A stretch of 64,000 nt of DNA from Bacteroidales bacterium (lineage in GTDB: Bacteria; Bacteroidota; Bacteroidia; Bacteroidales; VadinHA17): assembly GCA_041303295.1 (NCBI GenBank), contig JBFYPM010000133.1, forward strand, positions 5,637-69,636, given 5' to 3'. Each line of letters starts with the position of its first letter. The stretch's first letter is position 1. A model generated the notes under the pieces. The model made no database searches. It was not told the origin of the DNA and saw nothing but the letters and a program-made list of their open reading frames with translations. The position numbers and the translations under genes are program-made. Shown here piece after piece: positions 33,707-42,823 of the stretch.

Positions 33707-35600
33707 ATTCCTTGGGTTTAAGTATTCCTGCCCGTGTGGTAATTACTTCAGCCTTGCCGCGCAGCTCTGCGTTATCAAATACCCTTATCCTGAAAATTGC
33801 TTCCCCTGACTTGCCGCCGGGAGTGACACCGACCGGCCTTGAGATGTATGAAGGTGCCCTTTCTTCATCGTCTGACATCATCATACCATCCCGTCTTCGC
33901 TCTGCGGGAACAGGATCAAGGATCCTGTAGTGGGGCTTTTCTCCCTTTGATGCATCAATTGTAATGCGGACATCATCAGGCCTGACAATCTTGACAAGAT
34001 GGGCCTGGCTTAGTGCGGTGGGCAGCTCCCCGGCATTCCTGAACCTGATGGCCAGCTCATAGTCTGTTGAATCACCCTTGTACTTTTTGATCCTCCTCAC
34101 AACTGTCTCGTCCCATTCAAGGTGCGGCAGGTGCTTTACAAGCTCAAGGTTGAAAAGGGCCTGCCGGGAGACCCATTGCTCAAGATGAGATGCAGGCGGG
34201 TTCTGGCTGAAGAATTTCGGATGGAACCCGCCGACCTCCACGCTGTCATGAAGCGGATGTTCAATTGCCCTCCACTCAATAAAACCCTCCCCGCTATTCT
34301 CTTCATCGTCCCACCGGAGCAGGTCGATCTGGTCTTTATCGCCGTCGCCGTCATAATCCTTGTACTGACCTCCGTTCCATATCTCATCACCATACCAGAT
34401 GGCCCCGTAATACCAGTATCCGAAGTCCGGGCCATGGCCGAAAAGAGGCTGGCCGTTACCGTAATCATTATAGACATCACCTGCCTTCTCATAGCCGGTG
34501 ATCTTGCGCCCAAGATCATCGAAATACCTGTACCACTCAAGATCCTCCGGATACATCCTCTCCTCCGACGGGGAGGTTGATGGCGGGCGGAGATGCATCG
34601 GCACCCTGGTATCCATTGAGTTAACGACATAGATATTCGGGTGTGTAAGGAGGAAGGAGAAGACAGCCCTTGTCTCCGGTTCGCTCAGCGGGTATTCCCC
34701 GGCTCCTCTCTGTGTGAAGCCTCTGCCGGTCATCTCCCTCTCGGGTCTCCAGTTCTCAGGGTAATTTCTGTGCAGGTCAAGACCCCCGATGCCATCCTCG
34801 TTGACACGGCTGTCATTGTCGTTATCAATTCCTTCACCGGAGGTTGAATATATCCCCTCTCCACGCGGAACCCTCTTCAGGATCCTTCCTGAAGGGTCAT
34901 CCGGATCAGGTATCATGGTGCCTTTCTCCCTGTCAGGCCATCTAAGGGTCAGGATGACGCCATCACTATCCAGATCCTCTGGCGGATCCTCGTCAAGGAG
35001 GCCGTCATTGTCAGTATCATGAGGCCTGACGGTGCTCCGGTTGCTCTGTGCCGTCTTCAGGTAGAGCTCATGCCCGTCCGGGTTGTTGACCGGACGAAGG
35101 TAGACGGTGAATTTGTCAAGCAGGCCGGTGATGGCGGAATCTCTGCCGTAACCTTCAACCAGGTGCTGCGCAAGCCAGAGGACCGACTCGGCACTTGTGA
35201 TCTCGCCGCTGTGCCTGTTCCCCTCAAAGAAAGCGGCTGGCTTATCCGTGTCATGGCCCAGCTTGCCGCTGGTAAGCGTCATCTGCATCACAGGCCTGCC
35301 CTCAAAGCTCCTGCCAATCTCATACAGGGAGACAATCTCAGGATACTCCTCAGCCCACCTGTTCATCCAGTGACAGATTACACCCAACGAGTGATACCTG
35401 TCAAAAGTGAGCTTTTCGCCTGCCACATATTCAACCCCGGGAAGAGCTGCAACAGGAAAATAACTAATTCCATGCCTGTCACCACCCACGGTATATATCG
35501 AGGAGTCAGGCTTGCCGGCTGATTGTGAGGGTGCCTGCGGAAAGAGAAGGCCCGGACTCATAGTTCCGGCGATGATCATAATGGAGCAGATAATTTTCAT
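33687..35600 (-). CDS. M14-family zinc carboxypeptidase (secreted) with Asp-rich insertions
   Basis: Signal peptide; zinc-ligand motif NRHSGEI (HxxE); insertions DTDNDGLLDEDPPEDLDSDG, DNDNDSRVNEDG, DYDGDGDKD resembling DxDxDG calcium-binding loops. Confidence 0.75.
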   Translation of the reverse strand: MKIICSIMIIAGTMSPGLLFPQAPSQSAGKPDSSIYTVGGDRHGISYFPVAALPGVEYVAGEKLTFDRYHSLGVICHWMNRWAEEYPEIVSLYEIGRSFEGRPVMQMTLTSGKLGHDTDKPAAFFEGNRHSGEITSAESVLWLAQHLVEGYGRDSAITGLLDKFTVYLRPVNNPDGHELYLKTAQSNRSTVRPHDTDNDGLLDEDPPEDLDSDGVILTLRWPDREKGTMIPDPDDPSGRILKRVPRGEGIYSTSGEGIDNDNDSRVNEDGIGGLDLHRNYPENWRPEREMTGRGFTQRGAGEYPLSEPETRAVFSFLLTHPNIYVVNSMDTRVPMHLRPPSTSPSEERMYPEDLEWYRYFDDLGRKITGYEKAGDVYNDYGNGQPLFGHGPDFGYWYYGAIWYGDEIWNGGQYKDYDGDGDKDQIDLLRWDDEENSGEGFIEWRAIEHPLHDSVEVGGFHPKFFSQNPPASHLEQWVSRQALFNLELVKHLPHLEWDETVVRRIKKYKGDSTDYELAIRFRNAGELPTALSQAHLVKIVRPDDVRITIDASKGEKPHYRILDPVPAERRRDGMMMSDDEERAPSYISRPVGVTPGGKSGEAIFRIRVFDNAELRGKAEVITTRAGILKPKEFIVGSL

Positions 35601-35655
35601 GATGAAAAGAGTTTGTCAGGAAACCGAAATGAAGATAATGATTTTGAAGGCACAA

Positions 35656-36363
35656 TCAGCCTCTTTTGGAGATCACCTCCAGCTTGCTCATATCCGATAT
35701 TTCTATCGTACGGCCGTTGGTCCTGATGATACCGTCACGACGGAACTCTGAAAATGTGCGTATGACGTTTGCTGAACTCATGCTGATCAGGTCGGCTATC
35801 TCCTTCCGGGAGACGGGAAGGTCAAATATCCTTGAGTGGTATATCTCTCCTGAAAAATAAAGCAACACATAGGCTATCCGTCCGGCCAGGTTCCTTTTCC
35901 GTATTTCAAGACCCAGTGAAATTATGTTTTCGGAAGTACTTGAAAGAACGGTTATCAGGTTAAGGGCAAACCGGCCATTCCTGAGGATCAGCTCCTTTAT
36001 GAGGTCAATGTTGATACAGCAAACCACGGAATCTTCAAGCGCCGCAAGGGAATACCTGTAAGTCTCCTCATAGAAGACATTGGTATTACTGACGAATTCG
36101 AAAGGCCTGGTGATTGTAATTATCTGTTCCTCGCCGCTCTCCGTTACCTTGTAGAGCTTCACAAGCCCGTTCTTCAGGTATTTGAAGTCGCGTATCGTGT
36201 CACCCTCCCTGTGTATTACCTCACCCTTTGAGTAGGAGAACTCTTCCCGGGCCGTGCATATGCGCTCGAGGTCCTCTCCTTCAAGGGTGGAAAAGGCGAG
36301 GTTTCTCAGTTCACATGAGAGACAGCTGCATTTTTTTTTCAATTGTTGTATCACGAAAGCCAT
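35656..36363 (-). CDS. Crp/Fnr family transcriptional regulator with N-terminal Cys cluster
   Basis: cNMP-binding-like beta-roll, C-terminal HTH RKEIADLISMSSANVIRTFSEFRRDG; N-terminal C12-x-C14-x2-C17. Confidence 0.85.
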   Translation of the reverse strand: MAFVIQQLKKKCSCLSCELRNLAFSTLEGEDLERICTAREEFSYSKGEVIHREGDTIRDFKYLKNGLVKLYKVTESGEEQIITITRPFEFVSNTNVFYEETYRYSLAALEDSVVCCINIDLIKELILRNGRFALNLITVLSSTSENIISLGLEIRKRNLAGRIAYVLLYFSGEIYHSRIFDLPVSRKEIADLISMSSANVIRTFSEFRRDGIIRTNGRTIEISDMSKLEVISKRG

Positions 36364-36371
36364 GGGTTATG

Positions 36372-36379
36372 CAAATTTA
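36372..36379 (-). promoter_or_regulatory. -7 box TAaaTTTG (Crp/Fnr gene)
   Basis: Only 9 nt upstream of ATG, would give a near-leaderless mRNA. Confidence 0.3.
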
Positions 36380-36412
36380 GAACAATCTGCAGATATATTC
36401 GTTCACCTTTTC

Positions 36413-36420
36413 TAATTTTG
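36413..36420 (+). promoter_or_regulatory. -7 box TAatTTTG (HisJ-family gene)
   Basis: 15 nt upstream of ATG 36435. Confidence 0.4.
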
Positions 36421-36434
36421 ACAAACTTCTGCTT

Positions 36435-37235
36435 ATGAGGGACAACGCAATGGTCTACGGAACCGATTATCATATACACACCACATACAGTGACGGCAAG
36501 GAGGGACCTGAGGCATGCATAGAGGCAGCCATTGAACGGGGACTCCGCGAGATAGGCTTCTCCGATCATCTGAATCCGGCCGGTGAACACCTTAAGTGGT
36601 GCATGGATCATGACAGGCTTCCTGAATATGCCGAACATATCATGAGGCTGGGGAGAGAGCATCCGGAGATAGCAGTCAGGCTGGGAATTGAGGTCGATTA
36701 TTTGCCGAACAGGGAAAAAGAGACAGAGAGGCTCATTAACTCCTTCCCGTTTGATTACATAATCGGTTCAGTCCATTACATGGGGGAGGAAACTGTTGAT
36801 CTCGGCCCGGAGTTTTATATAGGCAGGGATATTGACCAGATATACGAGAACTACTTCAACCTCGTCTGCGAGGCAGCTGCAACCGGTTTTTTTGATATCA
36901 TAGGCCACCCCGACCTGGTGAGGATACACCGCTACAGGCCGGAAGGAGACATCACCCATCTTTATAGCATGATGGCGTCATCCTTTGAGATCCATGACGT
37001 CGCCTTTGAGCTGAATACCAACGGGCGTAACAAGCCACTCCAGGACTTTTATCCTGACCGGAAGTACCTGCCCCTGTTTGCAGAACACGGTGTACCAGTA
37101 TGTATTAACTCCGACGCTCATTTCCCGGAACGTATCGGACAGTATTTCGATGAGGCTTATGATCTTCTCAAATGCTCCGGATACCGTGAGATGGCTGTAT
37201 TCAGGAAGCGGGAACGATACATGATCCCATTTTAA
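36435..37235 (+). CDS. histidinol-phosphatase, HisJ family (PHP domain)
   Basis: DYHIHTTYSDG, FSDH, GSVHY, IGHPD, NSDAH PHP metal-ligand motifs. Confidence 0.8.
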   Translation: MRDNAMVYGTDYHIHTTYSDGKEGPEACIEAAIERGLREIGFSDHLNPAGEHLKWCMDHDRLPEYAEHIMRLGREHPEIAVRLGIEVDYLPNREKETERLINSFPFDYIIGSVHYMGEETVDLGPEFYIGRDIDQIYENYFNLVCEAAATGFFDIIGHPDLVRIHRYRPEGDITHLYSMMASSFEIHDVAFELNTNGRNKPLQDFYPDRKYLPLFAEHGVPVCINSDAHFPERIGQYFDEAYDLLKCSGYREMAVFRKRERYMIPF

Positions 37236-37243
37236 GGAGTCTT

Positions 37244-37810
37244 TCAGGCCGCTGCCGTGAGATGCTCAATGAGTATCCTTGCTCCTATTGCGGCAAGTAT
37301 CAGGCCGCCAATGATCTCAACTCTGGACCCAAGGCGACTTCCTGCTGATTTCCCGATGCGTATGGCTGTCATCGATGCCAGGAAGGTGACTGCTCCGATT
37401 ATGAGACCGGCGAACCATATCTGAACCTTGAGGAAGGCAAAACTGATACCCACGGCAAAGGCATCAATACTGGTGCCCACTGCCATTGTCAGCAATACAC
37501 TCCACCGCGAGAAATCCACCGGCTCCCTCTTATCATCCGCCTTCAGTCCCTCAATAACCATCCTGGCTCCCAGAATCGTAAGCAGCCCGAAAGCCACCCA
37601 ATGATCATATTTTTCTATGTGCTGACTGACAGTTGAGCCGAGGAAAAAGCCCAGTACGGTAAGGCCGCCCTGAAAGAGTGCAAGAATAATGGCAACACGT
37701 ATGGCATTTCGGAAGCGTATACCGGACTCTATGACCCCGCACGAGAGCGACACGGCAAAGCTGTCGAATGACAAACCTAGGGCAACACCTGTTAAAGTAA
37801 CGATATCCAT
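37244..37810 (-). CDS. mntP: manganese efflux pump MntP
   Basis: 188-aa six-TM protein with duplicated DSFAVS / DAFAVG motifs characteristic of MntP. Confidence 0.85.
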   Translation of the reverse strand: MDIVTLTGVALGLSFDSFAVSLSCGVIESGIRFRNAIRVAIILALFQGGLTVLGFFLGSTVSQHIEKYDHWVAFGLLTILGARMVIEGLKADDKREPVDFSRWSVLLTMAVGTSIDAFAVGISFAFLKVQIWFAGLIIGAVTFLASMTAIRIGKSAGSRLGSRVEIIGGLILAAIGARILIEHLTAAA

Positions 37811-37872
37811 GGGCGGCAGAAAGGCCGTAAAAATAGTTATAAATTACTACTTTTACCACACTGTTAAGCCAA

Positions 37873-38325
37873 ATGAGGGTAGTTGTACAAAGAGTAAAAA
37901 GAGCCTCTGTGACCATTGACGGAGTGATGCGCTCATCAATCGGTAATGGCCTCCTTGTCTTTGCAGGCATTGAGGAGGAAGACGACAGTGAAGATACTGC
38001 CTGGCTGGCAGCGAAGGTTGTGAACCTGAGACTGTTTGACGACAGTAACGGCGTAATGAACCTGTCAGTAGCAGAGACCGGAAACGAAATAATGATTGTC
38101 AGCCAGTTTACCCTGCATGCATCAACCAGAAAAGGCAACAGGCCGTCATATATAAGGGCCGCCAGGCCTGAAAAAGCGATACCCCTGTATGAAGATTTTA
38201 TTGTACGTACCGAAGAGTTGCTGGAACATTCCGTAAGCACCGGCGTATTTGGGGCAATGATGGATATTGAGCTTGTAAACGACGGTCCCGTGACAATAAT
38301 AATAGACAGCAGGAACAGGGAATGA
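37873..38325 (+). CDS. dtd: D-aminoacyl-tRNA deacylase
   Basis: MRVVVQRVKRASVTI..., SQFTL, GNRPS, NDGPVT motifs; 150 aa. Confidence 0.95.
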   Translation: MRVVVQRVKRASVTIDGVMRSSIGNGLLVFAGIEEEDDSEDTAWLAAKVVNLRLFDDSNGVMNLSVAETGNEIMIVSQFTLHASTRKGNRPSYIRAARPEKAIPLYEDFIVRTEELLEHSVSTGVFGAMMDIELVNDGPVTIIIDSRNRE

Positions 38326-39698
38326 CGGATAAAGAGCTTAAACGGTCTGTTCTGACGGTCACCGCCTTTGCATCGTTCCTGACTCCCTTCATGGGGTCAT
38401 CGATAAATCTTGCCCTGCCCTCCATAGGGGATGAGATGGGTATTAATGCAGTCACCCTGAACTGGATAGTGAGCAGCTATATGCTCACAACCTCCATCCT
38501 GCTGCTCCCTGCCGGCAGGGCAGGAGATATCCTGGGACGGAAAAAAATATTTACTGCCGGCCTTGTCATCTTCACACTTGCGATGATCATGCTGACATTC
38601 ACCCCCGGAATAAAATGGCTTATCGGCGTCAGAATACTGCAGGGGGCAGGCGGGGCGATGATGTTCGGCACCAATATGGCCATCCTGACTTCTGTCTTTC
38701 CTCCCGGGGAGCGGGGACGTGCAATGGGAATAAATGTCACTGCAGTATATGCCGGACTGGCCTCCGGGCCATTCCTTGGAGGACTTCTTACGCGTTACCT
38801 CGGCTGGAGAAGCATATTCGCCTTTCTGGTCCCGATGGGTATTATCAGCCTGATCATGATTCGGAGAAAAATGAAGGGCGAATGGGCCGAAGCCAGGGGA
38901 GAGAGCTTTGACTGGCCCGGTGCTGTGATCTACGGGATGGCGATAGCGGCCCTGATGTACGGTTTCTCGAAGCTGCCATCTGTCCCGGGGTGGTTCATTA
39001 CAATTGCAGGTATGGCTCTTGTTCCCCTGTTCATCCTGAGAGAAAATAAGACTGTTCATCCCCTCTTCGACATAACCCTTATATCAAGGAACAGGATCTT
39101 CGCCTTTTCCAGCCTTGCGGCCCTGATCCATTATGCCGCCACCAGTGCCATTGGGTTCTTTCTGAGCCTCTTCCTCCAGTATATTAAAGAGCTGGGACCC
39201 CGCGACGCGGGATTCGTGCTTATGGCATGGCCGGTGACTATGGCCCTCATCTCCCCGGCCGCCGGGAAGCTGTCTGACACCCGCAACCCGGGAGTGCTGG
39301 CTTCCATTGGAATGACTATAACATCGGCAGGACTGATCATGCTCTGCTTTTTAACAGCAGAGACTTCTATTCTCTTCATTGTTATTGTACTTGTGATTAT
39401 GGGTGCCGGCTTCTCCCTCTTTTCATCGCCCAATTCCAATGCAATCATGAGCTCCGTTGAGAAACGGCAGCTCGGCAATGCCTCCGGAATGCTGGGTACC
39501 ATGAGGAACGTGGGCCAGACCTTCAGTATGGCTATTGCCCTCATGCTCCTGGCCATTTACATGGGCCAGGCAAAGATTGATCCCTCCAACTATCCGGAAC
39601 TCATTGGCGCAATGAAGAGCGCCTTTGTGATATTCTCAATCCTCTGCTTTGCGGGTATTTTTGCATCACTGGCAAGAAATAAAAGCCTTCGAAAATAG
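38322..39698 (+). CDS. MFS transporter (DHA2/EmrB-like, about 14 TM)
   Basis: Multi-TM profile, MFS motif A-like GRAGDILGRKK; 4-nt overlap with dtd. Confidence 0.85.
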   Translation: MTDKELKRSVLTVTAFASFLTPFMGSSINLALPSIGDEMGINAVTLNWIVSSYMLTTSILLLPAGRAGDILGRKKIFTAGLVIFTLAMIMLTFTPGIKWLIGVRILQGAGGAMMFGTNMAILTSVFPPGERGRAMGINVTAVYAGLASGPFLGGLLTRYLGWRSIFAFLVPMGIISLIMIRRKMKGEWAEARGESFDWPGAVIYGMAIAALMYGFSKLPSVPGWFITIAGMALVPLFILRENKTVHPLFDITLISRNRIFAFSSLAALIHYAATSAIGFFLSLFLQYIKELGPRDAGFVLMAWPVTMALISPAAGKLSDTRNPGVLASIGMTITSAGLIMLCFLTAETSILFIVIVLVIMGAGFSLFSSPNSNAIMSSVEKRQLGNASGMLGTMRNVGQTFSMAIALMLLAIYMGQAKIDPSNYPELIGAMKSAFVIFSILCFAGIFASLARNKSLRK

Positions 39699-39769
39699 AC
39701 AAAACCGGTTTTTTGTTTGGTTTTCATTAAAAACAATTAAATTGACCCGCGATTACCGGCAGGCAAAGC

Positions 39770-40672
39770 ATGCCTCCCGGATTTTACATAACATTAATTA
39801 TGACCAAATTATACAGGAAGCTGTTAAATTACGACTACTCCCCGGGGGAGATGGGAGAATGCATAACCGAAGCACGGCGGATGACCGGCTCTGTGGAGCG
39901 GGCTCTTCTTCTGAAGGAGATCTTCTCCTTTATTGATCTTACCAGCCTCAACACTTCCGACAGTGCGGGTACCATAAACAGCTTTGCAGAGAGGACTGCC
40001 TCATTCCGCTACAGCTTCAGTGATATCAGCAATGTTGCAGCTATCTGTGTCTTCCCAAACTTCGTGACAGTTGCCCGTGAGCAACTTAAAAACTCCGGGG
40101 TGAAACTGGCCGTGGTATCAGCCTCGTTCCCTACATCTCAGACATTCCTTGAGGTTAAGACTCTTGAGACAGAGCTGGCCGTCAGGATGGGAGCCGATGA
40201 GATAGATATCGTTATTCCCGTTGGAACATTTCTTGAGGGAGACTATGACACCGTTATTGAAGAACTGAAGACTGTAAGACAGGCTGCCGGGGATGCCACG
40301 CTGAAGGTGATCCTCGAGACCGGACTGCTTAAAGACGAAAGGAGTATTTACCGGGCATCAGTAGTGGCAATGGAGTCAGGGGCTGACTTCATAAAGACCT
40401 CTACGGGTAAGAGCCAGGTGTCGGCAACCCCCGAAGCTGCCTGGGTAATGTGCCGTGCGATACGCGACTACTGGAATGAGACCGGCATCATGATCGGATT
40501 CAAGCCCGCTGGAGGTATTGTTTCTCCTGATGATGCGCTGATATATTATTTCATAGTCAGGAACATGCTCGGTGAAAAATGGCTCTCACCTCAATATTTC
40601 AGGATAGGCGCCTCGCGGCTGGCCAACAATATTCTTACCGAGCTGTACCCTGGCCAGCCAGCCTACTTTTAG
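39770..40672 (+). CDS. deoC: deoxyribose-phosphate aldolase (long form)
   Basis: IDLTSLN, EIDIVIP, LKVILETGLL, Schiff-base region ADFIKTSTGK; start may be ATG at 39800. Confidence 0.85.
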   Translation: MPPGFYITLIMTKLYRKLLNYDYSPGEMGECITEARRMTGSVERALLLKEIFSFIDLTSLNTSDSAGTINSFAERTASFRYSFSDISNVAAICVFPNFVTVAREQLKNSGVKLAVVSASFPTSQTFLEVKTLETELAVRMGADEIDIVIPVGTFLEGDYDTVIEELKTVRQAAGDATLKVILETGLLKDERSIYRASVVAMESGADFIKTSTGKSQVSATPEAAWVMCRAIRDYWNETGIMIGFKPAGGIVSPDDALIYYFIVRNMLGEKWLSPQYFRIGASRLANNILTELYPGQPAYF

Positions 40673-40681
40673 AAATAAATC

Positions 40682-41542
40682 ATGATTACCGGGCCGGGCG
40701 ATACATTAAGCGTTGTTGCTGCTGATACTCTCTCATCTCCTGCACCAAAAGAGGAATTCAGTATTGGCCGGATCATTCCGGTGCGTACCTCTGAACGCAA
40801 TCTTCCCGGAAATGAGATTAATGTACGTGATCTGCGAAGCGATTATATAACCGGCGTCGAACGCGTTGACGGCCAGCCGCTTCCGAAAGAGAAGATGAAC
40901 ACTGACTTCAGCTTCATTATCCTTGCACTCTCACTTCTTGTAATGACCGCAATGATATCGTTCGGCAGGAAAAGCATGATGGCCGGACTCTCCTCCATAG
41001 GCTTTCGCAGACGTCCTGAGCTGGCGCCTCCGGGAACATCTGAAGTGTTTGCCTGGCCTTCCCTAATGAGAAATATCTTCACTGTCCTGAATGTTGGCCT
41101 CTTTGCTACAGCGGCCCTCCTGCTGACTGGCACTGTCCGGCGTACAGATCCCTCCGGCTCGGTGAAGCTGGCTGCACTTCTCTTCGGGTCATGCCTGGCT
41201 GCATTGTTGCTAAGACACCTGACCTGTATCCTGGCTGCAGAGATGACCGGCTGGAAAAGCCTCTTCCGTGAGTATATGAATGTCATTTACAATGCCTGGT
41301 ACGCTAATGCAATCATTCTGTTCATACTAAACGGAATCATCCTTTTTGCACCGCTTGATAATTCTGTTCCTTTCATTGTGGCTGGTCTTGTTATTTCAGC
41401 TATATTTCTAATAATAAGAACGTTAAGACTGCTATCTATATTTAAATACAGGCATGTTTCAATATTATATTTCATTTTGTACCTTTGTGCCCTTGAAGTC
41501 TTACCCGTACTTGTCATCCTGAAGATACTAGGTGTCTTCTGA
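40682..41542 (+). CDS. multi-pass membrane protein (DUF4271-like)
   Basis: Six or so TM helices; position immediately upstream of the Bacteroidota HemD-like gene is typical for DUF4271. Confidence 0.55.
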   Translation: MITGPGDTLSVVAADTLSSPAPKEEFSIGRIIPVRTSERNLPGNEINVRDLRSDYITGVERVDGQPLPKEKMNTDFSFIILALSLLVMTAMISFGRKSMMAGLSSIGFRRRPELAPPGTSEVFAWPSLMRNIFTVLNVGLFATAALLLTGTVRRTDPSGSVKLAALLFGSCLAALLLRHLTCILAAEMTGWKSLFREYMNVIYNAWYANAIILFILNGIILFAPLDNSVPFIVAGLVISAIFLIIRTLRLLSIFKYRHVSILYFILYLCALEVLPVLVILKILGVF

Positions 41543-41581
41543 ACGGCGCCGGGTATAAAGAGGAGGTTGAACTTAAAACTT

Positions 41582-42337
41582 ATGGCTTTGAAGATAAGGA
41601 AGGTACTAGTGTCGCAGCCTGAGCCAAACAATCCGAAATCACCATATTTCGAGCTCGCTAAGAAATACAATCTGAAAATCGACTTCAGGCAGTTCATCCA
41701 GGTTGAGGGTATCCCGGCCAAGGATTTCAGGCAGCAGAAAATCAATCTGCCCGATTTTACTGCAGTAATCTTTACATCCAAAATAGCCATTGATCATTAT
41801 TTCAGGATCTGTGACGAGATGCGCATTACGGTGCCCGACACGATGAAGTATTTCTGCATCACTGAAAATGTGGCATTTTACCTGCAGAAATATATAGTAT
41901 ACCGCAAGAGGAAAGTCTTCCACGGAAAGTCAAATTTTGAAGACCTCATTGATGTGATTGCAAAGCACAAGGACGAAAACTTCTTTGTGCCCCTGTCAGA
42001 GCCTCATAAGTCTGACATACCCGAGCTGCTGTTAAAAAGCAATATAAAGTTCACAATAGGTACGATGTACCGCACCATTAGCAAAGGTTTTGAAAAACAG
42101 GAACTTGACTACGACATTCTGGTCTTCTACAGTCCTTCCGGAATAAGGTCTCTCAAAGAGAACTTCCCGTCATTCACCCAGGGCGAGATCAAGATTGCCG
42201 CCTTCGGTCCGACGACAGCAGAAGCCGTGACAAATGAGGGTTACGGGCTTGACATACAGGCTCCCAACCCCAAGGCCCCCTCAATGACAATGGCTCTTGA
42301 CTGCTTTATACGCGACTTCAACAAGAGCAACAAATAG
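41582..42337 (+). CDS. uroporphyrinogen-III synthase family protein (HemD-like)
   Basis: VLVSQPEPNNPKSPYFELAKKYNLKIDFRQFI...AVIFTS pattern of the Bacteroidota HemD-like family; ORF-track start 41567 is TTG, ATG at 41582. Confidence 0.7.
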   Translation: MALKIRKVLVSQPEPNNPKSPYFELAKKYNLKIDFRQFIQVEGIPAKDFRQQKINLPDFTAVIFTSKIAIDHYFRICDEMRITVPDTMKYFCITENVAFYLQKYIVYRKRKVFHGKSNFEDLIDVIAKHKDENFFVPLSEPHKSDIPELLLKSNIKFTIGTMYRTISKGFEKQELDYDILVFYSPSGIRSLKENFPSFTQGEIKIAAFGPTTAEAVTNEGYGLDIQAPNPKAPSMTMALDCFIRDFNKSNK

Positions 42338-42428
42338 ACCCGGAGGAAGTTAACGAGAACAGTAAGTGCATCAATCCGTCCGCTTCCAGGCATTGAGGTT
42401 CGGACAGATGGGTGCATTTTCTTTATAA

Positions 42429-42821
42429 ATGAGACACAAAGATGCATCATTCCCCAAGGGGGAAAGGCTCTGCGGCATTAAAGCCGTCAGCGAACTCTTT
42501 TCCGGGGGACGCGGATTCAACCAGCTCCCCCTCAGGGTTGTATACAGGGTATTACCGGCAGATAAGACACTTCAGCCCGTAAGACTTCTTGTCTCCGTAC
42601 CTAAAAGACACTTCAAAAGAGCCGTTGACCGCAACCTGATCCGGAGACGAATAAAGGAGGCCTGGAGAACCTGTAAGAAGCCTCTCGAGACAATGGTTGA
42701 AGAGACCGGCAGTCGTCTTGAGATGGCATTAATCTGGAGTGATACGGTGATCAGGCCTTATGATGAGACCCTGAAAGCGGTAAATGATGTGATCGGAAGA
42801 TTGACACTCCTTAAATATTAA
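42429..42821 (+). CDS. rnpA: ribonuclease P protein component
   Basis: FPKGERLCG...F, basic RNR-like block AVDRNLIRRRIKEAWR; 130 aa. Confidence 0.85.
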   Translation: MRHKDASFPKGERLCGIKAVSELFSGGRGFNQLPLRVVYRVLPADKTLQPVRLLVSVPKRHFKRAVDRNLIRRRIKEAWRTCKKPLETMVEETGSRLEMALIWSDTVIRPYDETLKAVNDVIGRLTLLKY

Positions 42822-42823
42822 CT

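Noticed and set aside
34122-34630. 152-aa and 164-aa ORFs within the M14 peptidase gene
   Set aside because: These are alternative frames of a gene whose primary frame carries the signal peptide and zinc motif.
36331-36339. A9/T9 homopolymer near the 5' end of the Crp/Fnr gene as a phase-variation tract
   Set aside because: It encodes an in-frame KKK, the length is modest, and nothing in a single sequence shows variability.
37811-37872. Mn-sensing yybP-ykoY riboswitch upstream of mntP
   Set aside because: Only 62 nt separate mntP from the divergent dtd, and the conserved riboswitch core sequences are not visible.
37605-38240. 211-aa ORF spanning the mntP 5' end, the intergenic region and antisense dtd
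   Set aside because: Both overlapped genes have strong family signatures and proper spacing. The long ORF is a frame artefact.
38397-39556. Antisense ORFs of 220 and 141 aa inside the MFS transporter gene
   Set aside because: The sense strand gives a continuous 14-TM profile. The antisense ORFs are Arg/Pro/Gly-rich mirror frames.
39701-39712. AAAACCGGTTTT palindrome after the MFS gene as a terminator
   Set aside because: The stem would be almost entirely A-U, with no room for a loop, so it is not a credible intrinsic terminator.
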